In this document: positions 23,006-35,300 of the stretch, in pieces | How the letters are laid out: each line of letters opens with the position of its first letter | How positions within the stretch are numbered: the stretch's first letter is position 1 | Assembly: GCA_021613535.1 (NCBI GenBank) | Contig: CP075496.1 | Coordinates: forward strand, 12,586,001 to 12,650,000 | Length of the DNA stretch: 64,000 nucleotides | Origin: Adineta vaga | Taxonomy: Eukaryota > Animalia > Rotifera | Reading direction: 5' to 3' | Translations under genes and position numbers: made by a program | Notes under the pieces: model-generated | Told to the model about the DNA's origin: nothing | Seen by the model: only the letters and a program-made list of their open reading frames with translations | Databases searched by the model: none

Positions 23006-24140
23006 TCAAGAGAGCGAAGATGTCTGTTCGTCATCGTCAGCAGTTTTTAATTCAAGTTTATCAATAGCATTTAAATCTAATGGTGTTGGTAATACTGATG
23101 TTATTGTATTATGAATATTATTTGAATGCGAGTCAGAATGTGTACCAATCATTACTGGAATTTGTAATTCAAAATCAGAAAAAAGTCCTTTTGCTTTAAC
23201 TTCAAATCTAATATCATAATTAACATAAACATATACATCACAACGATTGTCTCGTCCTTCAAAACGATATGATGGTGAAATTCCAATCGGAATTGTAAAT
23301 GGACATGCTGTTTCTACATGTTGTGCGTTGAAATTAACTAATTGAGGAATTGGAACGCGCATGATTTCTAAACGACGTCGCTGTTGTGCAATATCATAAC
23401 GTTGGATGAGACAAATATCAATACGTTTGATTAATAAATGAAGTGGATTGAGAATATCGAGTGTGATGATTGTTGTTTCACCTGGTACAAGAGCAGAATG
23501 TTGAAGAACACCTTTGATTATAACATCATGACGTCTCGTATCAAATTTAACTGAAGAATGAGAATTATTGACATGACGAAGATTTACACGAGGATAAATA
23601 CGTAATGGATAGTGAAGATAAGTATTTGCAACGTACCACTTCTTTTCTACTAATAACTTTTCATAGAAAATTTAAAAAAATGAAATTCATTCGTAAGAAT
23701 TCTATGAATAATTATTTTACCTCTAATTGATAACGGACAAATGGATAATCTTTTGGATGTAATGTCGGTGGGAGAAGATCTGGTAAAAGAATTGAAAATG
23801 GATATGTATAGAGACCTGGTTCAAAAGTTGTCAAATCTGTTGGACCATGTTTAACTTGATGGTGTGGAACAAATATCATTTGACCTAATCTTACTTTTTG
23901 TCGAAGAATACAAATATCATGACGATCCACTACTTGATTTGTTTGTCCATTTTGCATACGATTTTTATGCATTGTAATATAACCAACAGTTCCATTGACA
24001 ATCAAATGAATATCATCCGTTGTCGGTATACTTTCTGAAACAGTACATTGAACTTTACCAGATATAATATCGCCAGAATAGTAAATTATTGGTTGTACTT
24101 GATCAAGTGTAATACTTATGGTCGCATTGTTATTACCCAT
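23006..24140 (-). CDS. Arrestin domain-containing protein (alpha-arrestin like; exons 24140-23721, 23656-23006)
   Basis: YYSGDIISGKV, PGLYTYPFSILLPDLLPPT..VRYQL (arrestin N domain); LVPGETTIITLDILN and VNYDIRFEVKAKGLFSDFELQIPVMIGT (arrestin C domain). Confidence 0.9.
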
Positions 24141-25239
24141 AATTATTATTAAAATATACAAATGAGTTTTTGTTGAAATAAATCAGCTATGTTGATTTGT
24201 TTCTTTAGTCTTGCCATCTGATATTTTGATTAGACGTCGGTATGAAATATCACGTTTGTTAAAAATAACAAAACCGATGACATTCAAGTGAAATTAATAT
24301 GAACCAAAATAAACATGTCGTGAGATATGTTTAGTCAATTATGATGTCAAAGAAAATGTTCGCGATGAAATTATTCCTAAACAAAATTTACATTTCTTTG
24401 ACTACACAACTTCGAATAGATTTGAGCAAGATTTTGACAATAAGAATTAATAACATACATCTTACTTTCAAACTGTTGAATCAATAGATAAGGGAAAAAA
24501 AGTATCTTCATATCAAGGAAGTATTTTTTATGCCAACTAATCTTTTCATTGAAATGAATTTTTTTCTTCTATTAAGAATAAAGTAATTAGGATATTTTTT
24601 TCTTTTTTTAATGTCAATGTTGAATTTTTCTTTTTAAATATTTGTTTGAAGAAAAAGAAAACAAATTTGTTCGTTAAGTAATTCAACCTCTAATGAAAAT
24701 TAGTATATGAAGAAAAGAAAAACAAAATTTTCCTCACTCAATATGTTACAAATATATAAGAATTTTCTCGATAAGATTATTTATACGAGAATTTAATGAA
24801 ACTAAATTTTTCAAATCAACCTTGAGCACCTATTTTTCATACATGATTTTAATTAGTTTTTTTATCTGTCTTACTTTTTTAATTTCATGCACTAGTTAAT
24901 CAATTTTCATAGACAAGAAAAATCAGTGCATATCAAGATATTGGCCTTGATCATCTTTAGTAGTCGTTCTTGATTCTATATCTATAAAACAGAATCAAGG
25001 ACAATTATAGATTTTTAATTACTGATACAATTATCGAACATGTTTGTTTGTTTGTTTGTTTCGATGTTTGAAGAAAAAAACAAGAAGTGATAAAATTATC
25101 GAGTTCGAATTAAAATACTCGGGTATATTATATTATGAAAAAAATATGAATGAAAAATAGATAAATGCACAAGCAAACAAAATTGTTAGGAAATAAATAT
25201 TTTAAATAGAATTACTTAATTTCATCAATTAACTAAAAT

Positions 25240-28200
25240 TTAATGCCTAGAGAAGATAAAGAATAGAATTGACTTGTTGAATAAATAATTAAAAACTTAC
25301 ATGTCTAATGGAACTATTTCAATTTCTTCGATTTCATTTTCTTTTTCTGATGAAGATGTATCAAGTGTACTAGTAGAATCTCGTGATGGCGACCGTGGAG
25401 ATTGATGAACATGTTGTTTTACTTGAGTTGTACGATGTATGACTGTTGATGAATGTTTATTCAAAATTGGTGCATTGATTTGAGATTGATGGGCATAACG
25501 TGTAGTTTCTTCGATTTGAGCACTAAGATCTAATGCAGCTTTCAATGCGAGATTATCACTACTTCTGACATGTTGAAGAATATCATTGGGTAATTGATCA
25601 ACAATGACAGGTTCAGGATATTTATTCTCAGCATCAGATGTTTTTGATGGAATTGGAATATCCGTTGGTTCAGTTGGTTCTGCATATTCAATACTAAATT
25701 GACAACCATTTAGACTAGGAATTTGGCTGTAATGCAGTAAATGCGAAGAAAAAGTTTATTTTCAAGATTTTTATTCTTACTTGAGCATATTACGAAGATT
25801 GACTTCACTCAATTCTGGTATATCTAATGCTGATGCTGGTCGAAACATTTCTGTGAAAGAAGGTGCCGTATGTGGCCTTGGTATAATATTATCAGGTACA
25901 CGTAGCGAATTATTGTTGTTATTATTAACAGACGTTGGTGATTTGCCATTACCCAAATCGAAATTAATTGGCATAAAACTATTTGGAGTAAAACGGTGTA
26001 CCTGGTTATTGTATACATTTGGTACTACAATGAAGAAAAATAAATTATACATTAGTAATGATATTAATTAATTGAAAAACTAGATAGAGAACGAACGAAG
26101 AAAGAAAGTAGTCATATAGACAAATTAATTAACCTGATGATAGTGGACTGCTAGCCAATGAAGAACTTATATTTCGAATAGGCGAACGATGTCTATTAAT
26201 GGCTGCTGCTTGTATATTTCTAATTGGAATCGGAGCCAATGGACCTGAATGTCCTGGTCGATTATTACTATTTGGTATGAACATATCAGGCGAACGATTC
26301 ATAGAAATAGGTCGACTTGTCGGATGAGCTCGTGGCGGACGTGGAACTACCGGTGGAAGATATGCAGCGGTTTGACTTTTGTCCTGAGTTTGTTGCATCT
26401 GTTGTTGCTGCTGTAGCTGTTGCTGTTGTTGTTGAAATCGTTGCTGTAATTCTTGTTGTTTTTGTTGATGCTGTTGTTGCAATAGTTGACGATATCTTTG
26501 TTGTTCTTGCTCTAATTGCGCCTGTTGATGTTCAATTTGTTGTTGTTTTTGTTGCAATAGTTGCCAATATTTCTGCTGTTGTTGATGTATTTGTTGTTGC
26601 TCTTGCTGCAACTGTTGTTCTTTCGCTTGTTGTCTTTGTTGTTGCTCTACCAGCATTTGTTGCTGTTTTTGTTGTTGTTCTATCAACGATTGCTGTTGTT
26701 TTGCCTGTTGCTCTATTAGCGCTTGTTGTTTTTGTCGTTGCTGAAGTAAGAGAAACTCCTGTTGTAGTCTCTGTTGTGGTTTTTGTGGCACCTGAGACTG
26801 TTGTTTCTGTGGTTGCTGTGGTTGTGTTTGCTGTTGCTGTGGCTGTTGTTGTGGCTGCTGTTGCTGCTGCTGCTGTGGCTGTGACTGTTGTTGTGACTGT
26901 TGCTTTTGTGGCTGTTGCTTTTGTGCCTGTGGCTGTGGCTGTTGTTGTGGTTTTTGTTGCGTTTGCAGTTGCTTTTGTTTTTGCTGTGATTGTAGTTGTT
27001 GCAGTTGTTGTTTTTGATGCTGTTGTACTTGCTGTTGATGCTTTTGATGTAACGGCGCTTGCTGTGGCGGCGTTTGTTGCTGCGGCGGCTTTTGTTGTTG
27101 TTGTTGTTGTTTTTGATTTACCGGCGTCTGTTTGTTTTGAGATGGTAACTGACTGTGCGGTCTCTGTAACTGAGCCTGTGTCTGTTGTTGCTTTTGTTGC
27201 GGCTGAACTTGCGGTTGTTGCTGTGGTTTTTGTTGTTGTTGTTGTTGTTGTTGTGTTTGTACTTGCTGTTGTTTTGGTTGTTGCTGCTGCTGCTGTTGTT
27301 GTTGTTTTTGCTGAAGCTGCTGCTTTTGTTGCATTTGTAATTGCTGTTGTTTATTTTGCACTTGTTGTGTAGCTTGTTGTTGTGGTTTTTGTTGTTGCTG
27401 AAACTTTTGCTGCTGTAGTGTTTGAATTTGTTTTTGCTGTTGTTGCACTGCTTGTTGCAGCTGTGATTGTGACTTTTGCAGCGTCTGTTGCGTCACCTGT
27501 TGTTGTTGTTGTTGTTGTTGCTGCTGCTTCGGTTGCGATAACTGTGGCTGAGGTGATAATCCTTGTTTTCGCTGTTGCTGTTGAGTTTGAAGCAATTGCT
27601 GATGTTGTAATTGTTGTTGCTTTTGTTGCTGAAGCTGCAACTGCTGCTGTTGCTGCTGTTGCGGTTGCTGCTGTTGTTGTGGCTGTTGCTGTTGTTGTGG
27701 CTGCTGTTGTTGTACCTGTGCCTGTAGATGTTGTTGTGGCTGCTGTTGTTGTACCTGTGCCTGTAGATGTTGTTGCTGCTGCTGCGGATTCTGCAACTGT
27801 TGTTGTTTCTGTTGTTGCTGTTGTTGTTGAATGAGTTGCTGTTGTTGTTGTTGTTGTTGCTGTTGTTGCTGTTGCTGTTGCTGTTGCTGTTGTTGAATGA
27901 GTTGTTGCTGTTGTTGCTGTTGAATGAGCTGTTGTTGCTGCTGTTGCTGTTGAATGAGTTGTTGTTGTTGCTGTTGAATGAGTTGTTGCTGCTGAAGAAA
28001 TTGTCGTTGTATCGATTGTAGAGTTTGTTGCTGCTGTGATGGAGCTGGAAATCGAAGACTTGGACGATTAAGTGCATGTCCAGATGATGTAGTCTGAAGA
28101 GTGAATGGTTGCTGTTGTTGTGGTGTTGGTAGTCTAATTGGCGCTTGTAGAATATGGGGATGCATAGATTCATTGAGAAAATTCAAAATGATTGGATCTT

Positions 28201-29034
28201 TAGTTATACGCGGCCCCGAATCTCGTTGTAATTGATTATCAACAGCTTGTCGAATAGCATCTTCTGATGGTGGACCACCAGCTTCTGGATCATAGCGAAC
28301 TTTAACAATAATTGGTGCATCATCATCATCTTCTTCTTCTTCTGCATTAGTATCATCAGCGTCAGTCATTTCCACACTGTTTTGTTGAATATACGAATTC
28401 AATACTGCATTGGGTAATGCTTGTGTTAAACCAGCTGCTTTCATTGTTTGAATATCACTTGGAGTGATAGTACTAGCGAATATATTCGCTTTCTGTGCGT
28501 AATTAGGTCCTAATATTTTAGATAGAGGAGCCATTGTATGAGCTTTTCGTTCTCTTTGAATATACTCATGTATAGTACCAGCTGAACGCGAATTGGTTAA
28601 TGGTGCTGTAGCTTGTGGTAAAAGATCTTCAATTGTTGGTAATGCACCTAAACTTGCTTGTCGAGCTAATGCGCGATTTTGGTTAGGATTGGACATAACT
28701 GTTGGAGTTCTGGATGCTAAAAGAAATAAACGTAAATGATTAACAAAAATAGATTAAAATAAAATAGTATACGTTCTCGAGAAATTTTGTCATTTTTAAC
28801 TCTTGAATCTTTTTTAAATTCATCTTGATGTTTCATTGCTTCTTCTAATGATGAATAAATATGTTTGTCCATATTACCTCGTTGAGAAACTGCATGTGAC
28901 ATTGAACTATGTATTTGCTGCCCTTCATTACCTCGATTCCAAACGATTTCATTAATCTGTCTTAAGTTTGATACTGGTTGACGATAGAATGATTGATGAT
29001 TAAATCCATGAGTTGGTATCGGTGCTTGATACAT
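25240..29034 (-). CDS. Large glutamine-rich, low-complexity protein of unknown function (~1,170 aa)
   Basis: Phase-compatible exons 29034-28772, 28716-26134, 26024-25781 and 25728-25301. It ends either at TAA 25297 or through a final micro-exon G CAT TAA (stop 25240-25242). The central ~550 residues are mostly Gln with Pro/Lys/Leu. Confidence 0.8.
26385..28035 (-). repeat. Coding CAA/CAG (polyQ) low-complexity array containing a 39-nt tandem duplication at 27691-27768
   Basis: Continuous ttg/ctg triplets on the + strand. HLQAQVQQQQPQQ occurs twice and LIQQQQ(Q)n units recur. Confidence 0.95.
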
Positions 29035-30192
29035 TTCACTACTAAACGAAGAAGACAGATAGTTGTCGTTTCACTTGTGCTCTTGTCGATAGTGACGAAC
29101 GAAAGTAATAAAACGAAACAGGTGAACGAACAGAATAGATATATAATATATTTGATATACACATGCATCGACAGAAAAAAATACCTTGGTTACATCAAAT
29201 AGATAGACCGCAACTGTGATTTCATGTGTCTGTACGTTTATGATTCGCTTATTTACTTGCATGAAATTATTCTATTTTTACCTGATGAATCGTATTTACA
29301 AATCGAAAGAAAAATATAATATAAACATGGATGAGAAAAGAGAGAAAAGAAAAGGTCGAAGTTGATTGAAAAGTAATTGTATAATTTGTTCCAAGAGAAG
29401 AGAAACCTGTTGAAACCTTGTCAAAGAAGCAAATAAAGAAAAAAAAAACTTGCTTCCAATTAGTTTCGTTTCTTTTTTTTCTCGATAAAAAATGTTTTCA
29501 ATATTATTAATTGATAGATCACTATCAGTTTTATCTTCAAAGCTAATTATCACATAAGAACTACTATTTAAAAACATTGGTATTGATTGATAAATATTTG
29601 ACATAAAAAGTATTTTCTCTCCTATTAAAACATCATGAATAAATCAATAGCAACCATCAATTGTCGATTTTATGTTAATTACGATTTTATTCAATCAACA
29701 CATACATATATATATATATATCAAATTTAACTAATGTTGATGCTGTATTTATGTGTTTGTTTTTTTTACCTAGGAAGAAAAGAAAGACAAAACAGTAGTG
29801 TTGTGCATGCACACCTGATTAATTATCACTAATCTTCTTGACATATTGACACGTTATTATCGTATTGAAATAAATATTTACCATACGATTGATCAATTCT
29901 CTATGATTTGAATGAATATCGACATCTAATTTCGTGATTTATTGTTGTTTTTATTTCTTCGTTCTTTTATTGACATGAAAAAGAATTGAATAACTCGAAG
30001 ACGTAAACATACATTTTGTATATTAGATGATTTACAAAAAAAAGAGTTTATACAATGAATACTAGAATTCTCAATGAACACATATTCTATTTATACAACA
30101 AGAAGAAAAGGAAAAATATGACTTGGCTAATCAGATCAAAAATTGTTTGTTCATTCAATAGAGAGAAAAATAAATTTGAATCCTACGCTAAA

Positions 30193-31582
30193 TTATGACA
30201 TTAATTGACGTGATTTGTATCGTTTAAGAAAATCTGTATACAAGACACGGTAGAAAAGAATTGGATTTATAATCCACATAACTGGTATAAGTATGCATGT
30301 GACAAATATATAATAAGAATCTCCTACACGATGACGATCATGATAAACGAAAAGAGTGACAAAAAATAACATACATAGACGACAAAAGAAGAATGTCAGA
30401 ATATTAAGAATCATATTTAAACGAACAAAAAAATTCTCTCGTGATATATGAAATAAATGAAAAAGTTTTCGTGCATGAAGAAATATGGAATTGACTTCTG
30501 CTAATAATGCAAACATTTGATATCCAATATTTCGTACACGAAAAATATTTAAACCAAAGAATAATAATACCTAAATAGAAAAGAAATGTGTCAGTGTGTT
30601 TTTTTTCTTCTCCTTCTATTTCTTTTGAAAGTCTTCTAATCGGTGACACATTTTCTCGATTGTTTTAATAGAAAATTGTTGTAACAAATAAGATATCAAT
30701 CATAATGTGTTACGGTACGTTCATTTATAAGGTAAATTGTAGACACATAAACAATTATACTTCATACCTGTCATCGACCGTAACAGGTCTATTCTTTATG
30801 TTACGGTTGGCTAGAAAAGAAAGCTAATTATCTTGTTCGAGAAACCTCAACATTTATTGACAATCATTTGTCATTGATGGTATGTCTTTATACTACGAAA
30901 CAAAAACCATATATAATGACTTTTTTCTTCTGTTTTGTTCGATGATTCAAGCAGAAAATTGACCGTGATCTTATAATTGACGCTGCTTGTGTCTAGGATG
31001 TCAATATCAAAAGAGTTTCACGACATATGATCATGAGTTCGAACTTCAATGAACTGTTAAGGTCTATGTCTCTAGGTAAATCTTCATAACTATTGATATA
31101 CTTACGACAATATGATGTAAAAGAATTTCCAATAAATCAGCTCCTCTTCGATTGGAAATCACATCACATAGATCATAACAAAAATAACCTAAAAAATAAT
31201 TTCGAAATATTCTCAATAAATTTATATAGATTGTCAACATACCAAATGATATAGAACAAGTTACATATGTAACAAAATTGACATGTTCAACAAAATCATG
31301 ACGTAATCCTGAATATGACAAAAAGCTGTAAAGAACAAGTACACCGGTAATAAGAGCATGTATCCAACTAATTAATAAATTTAATCTTTGCCAACGTTCT
31401 TCATCAGAATCTGTTAGCCAAGTTCGACATGGTGGTTTCAATGATGCTTTATCTTGATTATCTGTTTTATTTGGAAATAAACGATAATTCGTTAATGGAC
31501 GTACTAAATATCGACAAGTAAGAAAGCTAACAAAAGATATTATGGTCCAAGAAAGACCGAGTGTTACATTAATTGTAATCAT
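30193..31582 (-). CDS. TLC (TRAM/LAG1/CLN8) domain-containing protein, TLCD1/TLCD2-like
   Basis: WQRLNLLISWIHALITG, SFGYFCYDLCD, EILLHHIV, ALLAEVNSIFLHARKL and LTFFFCRL, spread over three exons and several TM segments. Confidence 0.88.
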
Positions 31583-32355
31583 TTATCTAAACAGAACGAG
31601 AGAAAAAAATGTCAAGAATAATTAGCAATTATTATTTTATTTTTGTTTGTAATCGAGAGATTATCATGTTTAGTTTTTAATTGTAAATGAGCACGTGGAA
31701 GAGAAAGAAAAAGAGAAATAAATGCCACTGATATGCAAGCAAAAGCGGTGATGTCACAAATAAGCGGTGGCTTTAAACATATCACTGTCGTCACAAAAAT
31801 GAGAAAAAAAACATGCTTGGATTATCAGAAAAAAATCGGTTTAGTTTCGTCTATGGAATGAGCATGATGGAAGAGAATGAAATAGCAGATAAACAACAAT
31901 AGTAACAAAAGAAAATGAAATATAGAACACGAAGAAATAAAGAAAATGATAGTCAATAATAGATATAAATACGTTGGAATAAACAATAAAGAAAAATATG
32001 AAATGGATGCAGAAATTATCTGACAAAATGAGTCGAATGTATTGCGTTAATTGGATTAGATTAATAGAAGTAGTTCACATTAGTCGATGGTTGTATGAAG
32101 ACAAAAAACATACATGAAAAGAGAAAAAAGAGCTTGATGAACAAAGAAATTTGTTGTATTTTGTTCTTTCTTTTGTGTATGTATGTTGTTTTATCAAAGA
32201 TAAGGACGGATTAACGTATACATGAAGAGACAAAAGTCTTTTGATGGAAAGGAACAAAAAAAAGAAAAGACAATTCCTGGAAAATGAATAGATAATATAT
32301 AGGAGAGAAGAAACTAAAAGTATTTTCATAAATAACGAAAAGATATTCTTTACAA

Positions 32356-35300
32356 TCAATTTAATGTTCCAAAATTTGATGTTGGTGGCGTATCAAAATA
32401 GAAATCTTTTTGTTTTAATGTTTCACGTACAAATCTTTCTTCTAATTCCTAAAATAAGTCAAATAAAACTTAATTTTTGTATGATTTAAAAATAATTAAG
32501 AATGAAGAAGTTGTTTTTTTTAATAGTTATATATAAATAAAGGTGCAGAGCGACCAAATGAATATATCAAGATAATGATATTGTGTAGGATGTTTCGAGC
32601 AGCAACAGCAATAGTGGATTAGTGAATAGAAATATAAAGAAAAGATATCCCCGGAAGAAAGATGTATGAAATATTGATATAAGAATGAAATAGAATAGAT
32701 ATTCAGACTACCTCTCGATAACTCTCTCGAATATGTTTGAAATGTTCAAAAAAGAATATGCTCGCTATCATTGCTTAATTTCCAAAATTGCTCATCATCA
32801 ATCAATTCAACACCTGGCCATGAATGCCATGATTGAAGACGATAACTACCAGTTGAACGAAGTAAAGCAGGTACATGCGATGTTATTGGGGATTGAACGA
32901 CATTTGTCGTTTTGGGTAAAAATCGAGTTCGCATAGTTGTCGCACTCGAAAATGGTAAAGTTATAGGCAATTGCTAGAGAAAAATATAAAGTAGAAGTTA
33001 GAAACAAAAACTGAACGTTAGCAAGTTAATCAATTTTTAGACCGATCACCAATGAGTAGGAATTTTTTTTCTTTCATTCACCGACAAAACTAACAATTAG
33101 CTATCTAGTGCTAACTATCTAACTACCCGTTTATCAAACATGAACGATGGCAATATTGTTTATATCCGATTGTGGACGACGACGACGACGAGTAGGCAAT
33201 GTTGAAAATGGTTGTGATGCTGGTAGATCAATCGATGGATCGAATGAAGCTCGATCATATCGAACATTTTGTATGGCAGTTGACAATGAACGTGGTACAG
33301 AATGATAATTATTCGGATGGACTTGCTGAGATGATTTTTGAACTGTCATTGGACGAAAATTCGGATCCAAAAGAGCTTCAAGAGAAATCTCATCAGCATT
33401 GTAGACAAATGTCTGACAATGTTGTTTATTATTCTCGATAATATGAGAATGTTTTTCATTAGTCTGAGTGGTGGATTTCATCGCGAAGCGAGGAGGTACA
33501 TCAATATGAAAATGATCAATCTGGATGAGACAAAAATGATAAGATATCACAAAACAAAATAAATTCTTATTTATCAGTAAAATATTTGAAAGGAAATAAT
33601 TAATTAAACTTACCAATTTTCTTGTTTTTTGTGTATTACGAAATTCTACCCAATCACTTTCAAATGTTTGTTGAAGTTCTTGTAACTTTCGTGTTTCAAA
33701 TTCCACACATTGTTCTAATTTTTGTCTCTAAAAGACAAGAACGAAAAATTTCATTGATTTAAAGAATAGAGAAAACCAAATCATATGATCTTACTTGAAC
33801 AAGTAACAATTCATTTCTTGTTCCCTGTTGTTTATTATGAAGACTTTGAATTAAATGACGATGTTTTTCTTTCAAACGTTCTTCATGAATACGACGTCGA
33901 TCATTTTCATCATTTTCGAACTAGAATATCAAAAGAGATTTATAATGATCTCGTGCTCTATGAAAATTAGTTTCCTGCAAACAAATAATTAAATCAAAGG
34001 TATGAAAAACATTCATTAAATATACAAATTGTTCATCAGGGTCAAATAGAAGGAAAAAAACAAGAATCAAATGTTGACTTCAAGTGATTCTTTCGTTTCT
34101 TTTCATAAGAGAAAATGACAGGAACTATGATCTATTTCCGGAAGAAAGTTATCTTAATGGAAAATAGTATTTTCATGAAATATTCTCAGTATTAGAACTG
34201 AGATCGTTCTTCTAAATAACCTTGAATTACGAAGAAGAAAAATATGCTTGAAATGTCACATTATGAATCATGATAGATTAACCGTTTATAATCTCTTAAC
34301 AATTCGTAGAAAGAAACTGTTTGAAGAGATCATTATTGAATATAAATAAGAAATAAAATGTCTACCTTTTTAATAAGAACTTTTTCTTCCTCCAATGGCG
34401 TTTTATTAATAATTAACTGTTGACGAAATTGTTTATTTCGTGTTTTTTGCATTTTTTTCCATGTTCTCGGCCATTCTCGTCGATCTTCAGTCAATCGTGT
34501 TTCTAATGCTTCACGTTCTAAACGTATTTGTTCATCTAATTGTTGTACTTCTTTTTCCGATTGTTGTGTTAACATTGTTCGAAATAGAGAATAAAATGAT
34601 TTCGTTTGTTTACGTAAAAGATCATAACGTGAACGTAATTCATGTTCATCAATTTCCCATAAAGCTTGTTCTTTTGTTTTCATTAAGTTTTGTTTTTCGA
34701 CAAGAAACTGTCGTTCAAAAATTTGTATACGTTGTTTATGATAATTTTCAATTGTTCTCAATTGATTATCGAGAATTTGTTGTTGATTATCCGTAAATTG
34801 TTTTTCACGTAAATAAGATTCATTTTCTTTTTCAATCAGATAACGTTTGAATTGTTCTTTACGATCTTTAATGGAATTGTGACCTAGAAAAATGAAAAGG
34901 AATTTTTCAGAAAATCAATACAATGATTAGTTTACCCATATTATTTAATAAAAGTGAATTGGTTGCATTGTTATTATATGGTGAATCAAAATCACGTTTT
35001 ATCTGTTTGAATTGTTCACGAATTTGTTCGCGAAATTGTTTTAATTCCTTTTCTTGATCTAGACAATAGAGAAAGAAGGAAATTTAAAGATATTTAGATG
35101 CAAAAGAAATGAAATCAGACAAACCAATTTTAATTTGTTTCAATTTTTTGTTACATTCATTGGATAAAATTACGCTTTCACGTTCGATTTCAATCTTTTG
35201 TTTTTGTTCCATTGTTTGTAATTCAAAATCATACTTTTTAACAAGTTCATCACGTTTACGACGAAATTCTTGTCGTTGTTCATCGATTTCAAATTCATGA

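Noticed and set aside
26317-28021. Long Val/Ala- and Leu-rich ORFs on the + strand, and the Asn/Ser-rich alternative frame on the - strand
   Set aside because: These are shadow frames of the CAA/CAG polyQ array, which lacks stops in several frames.
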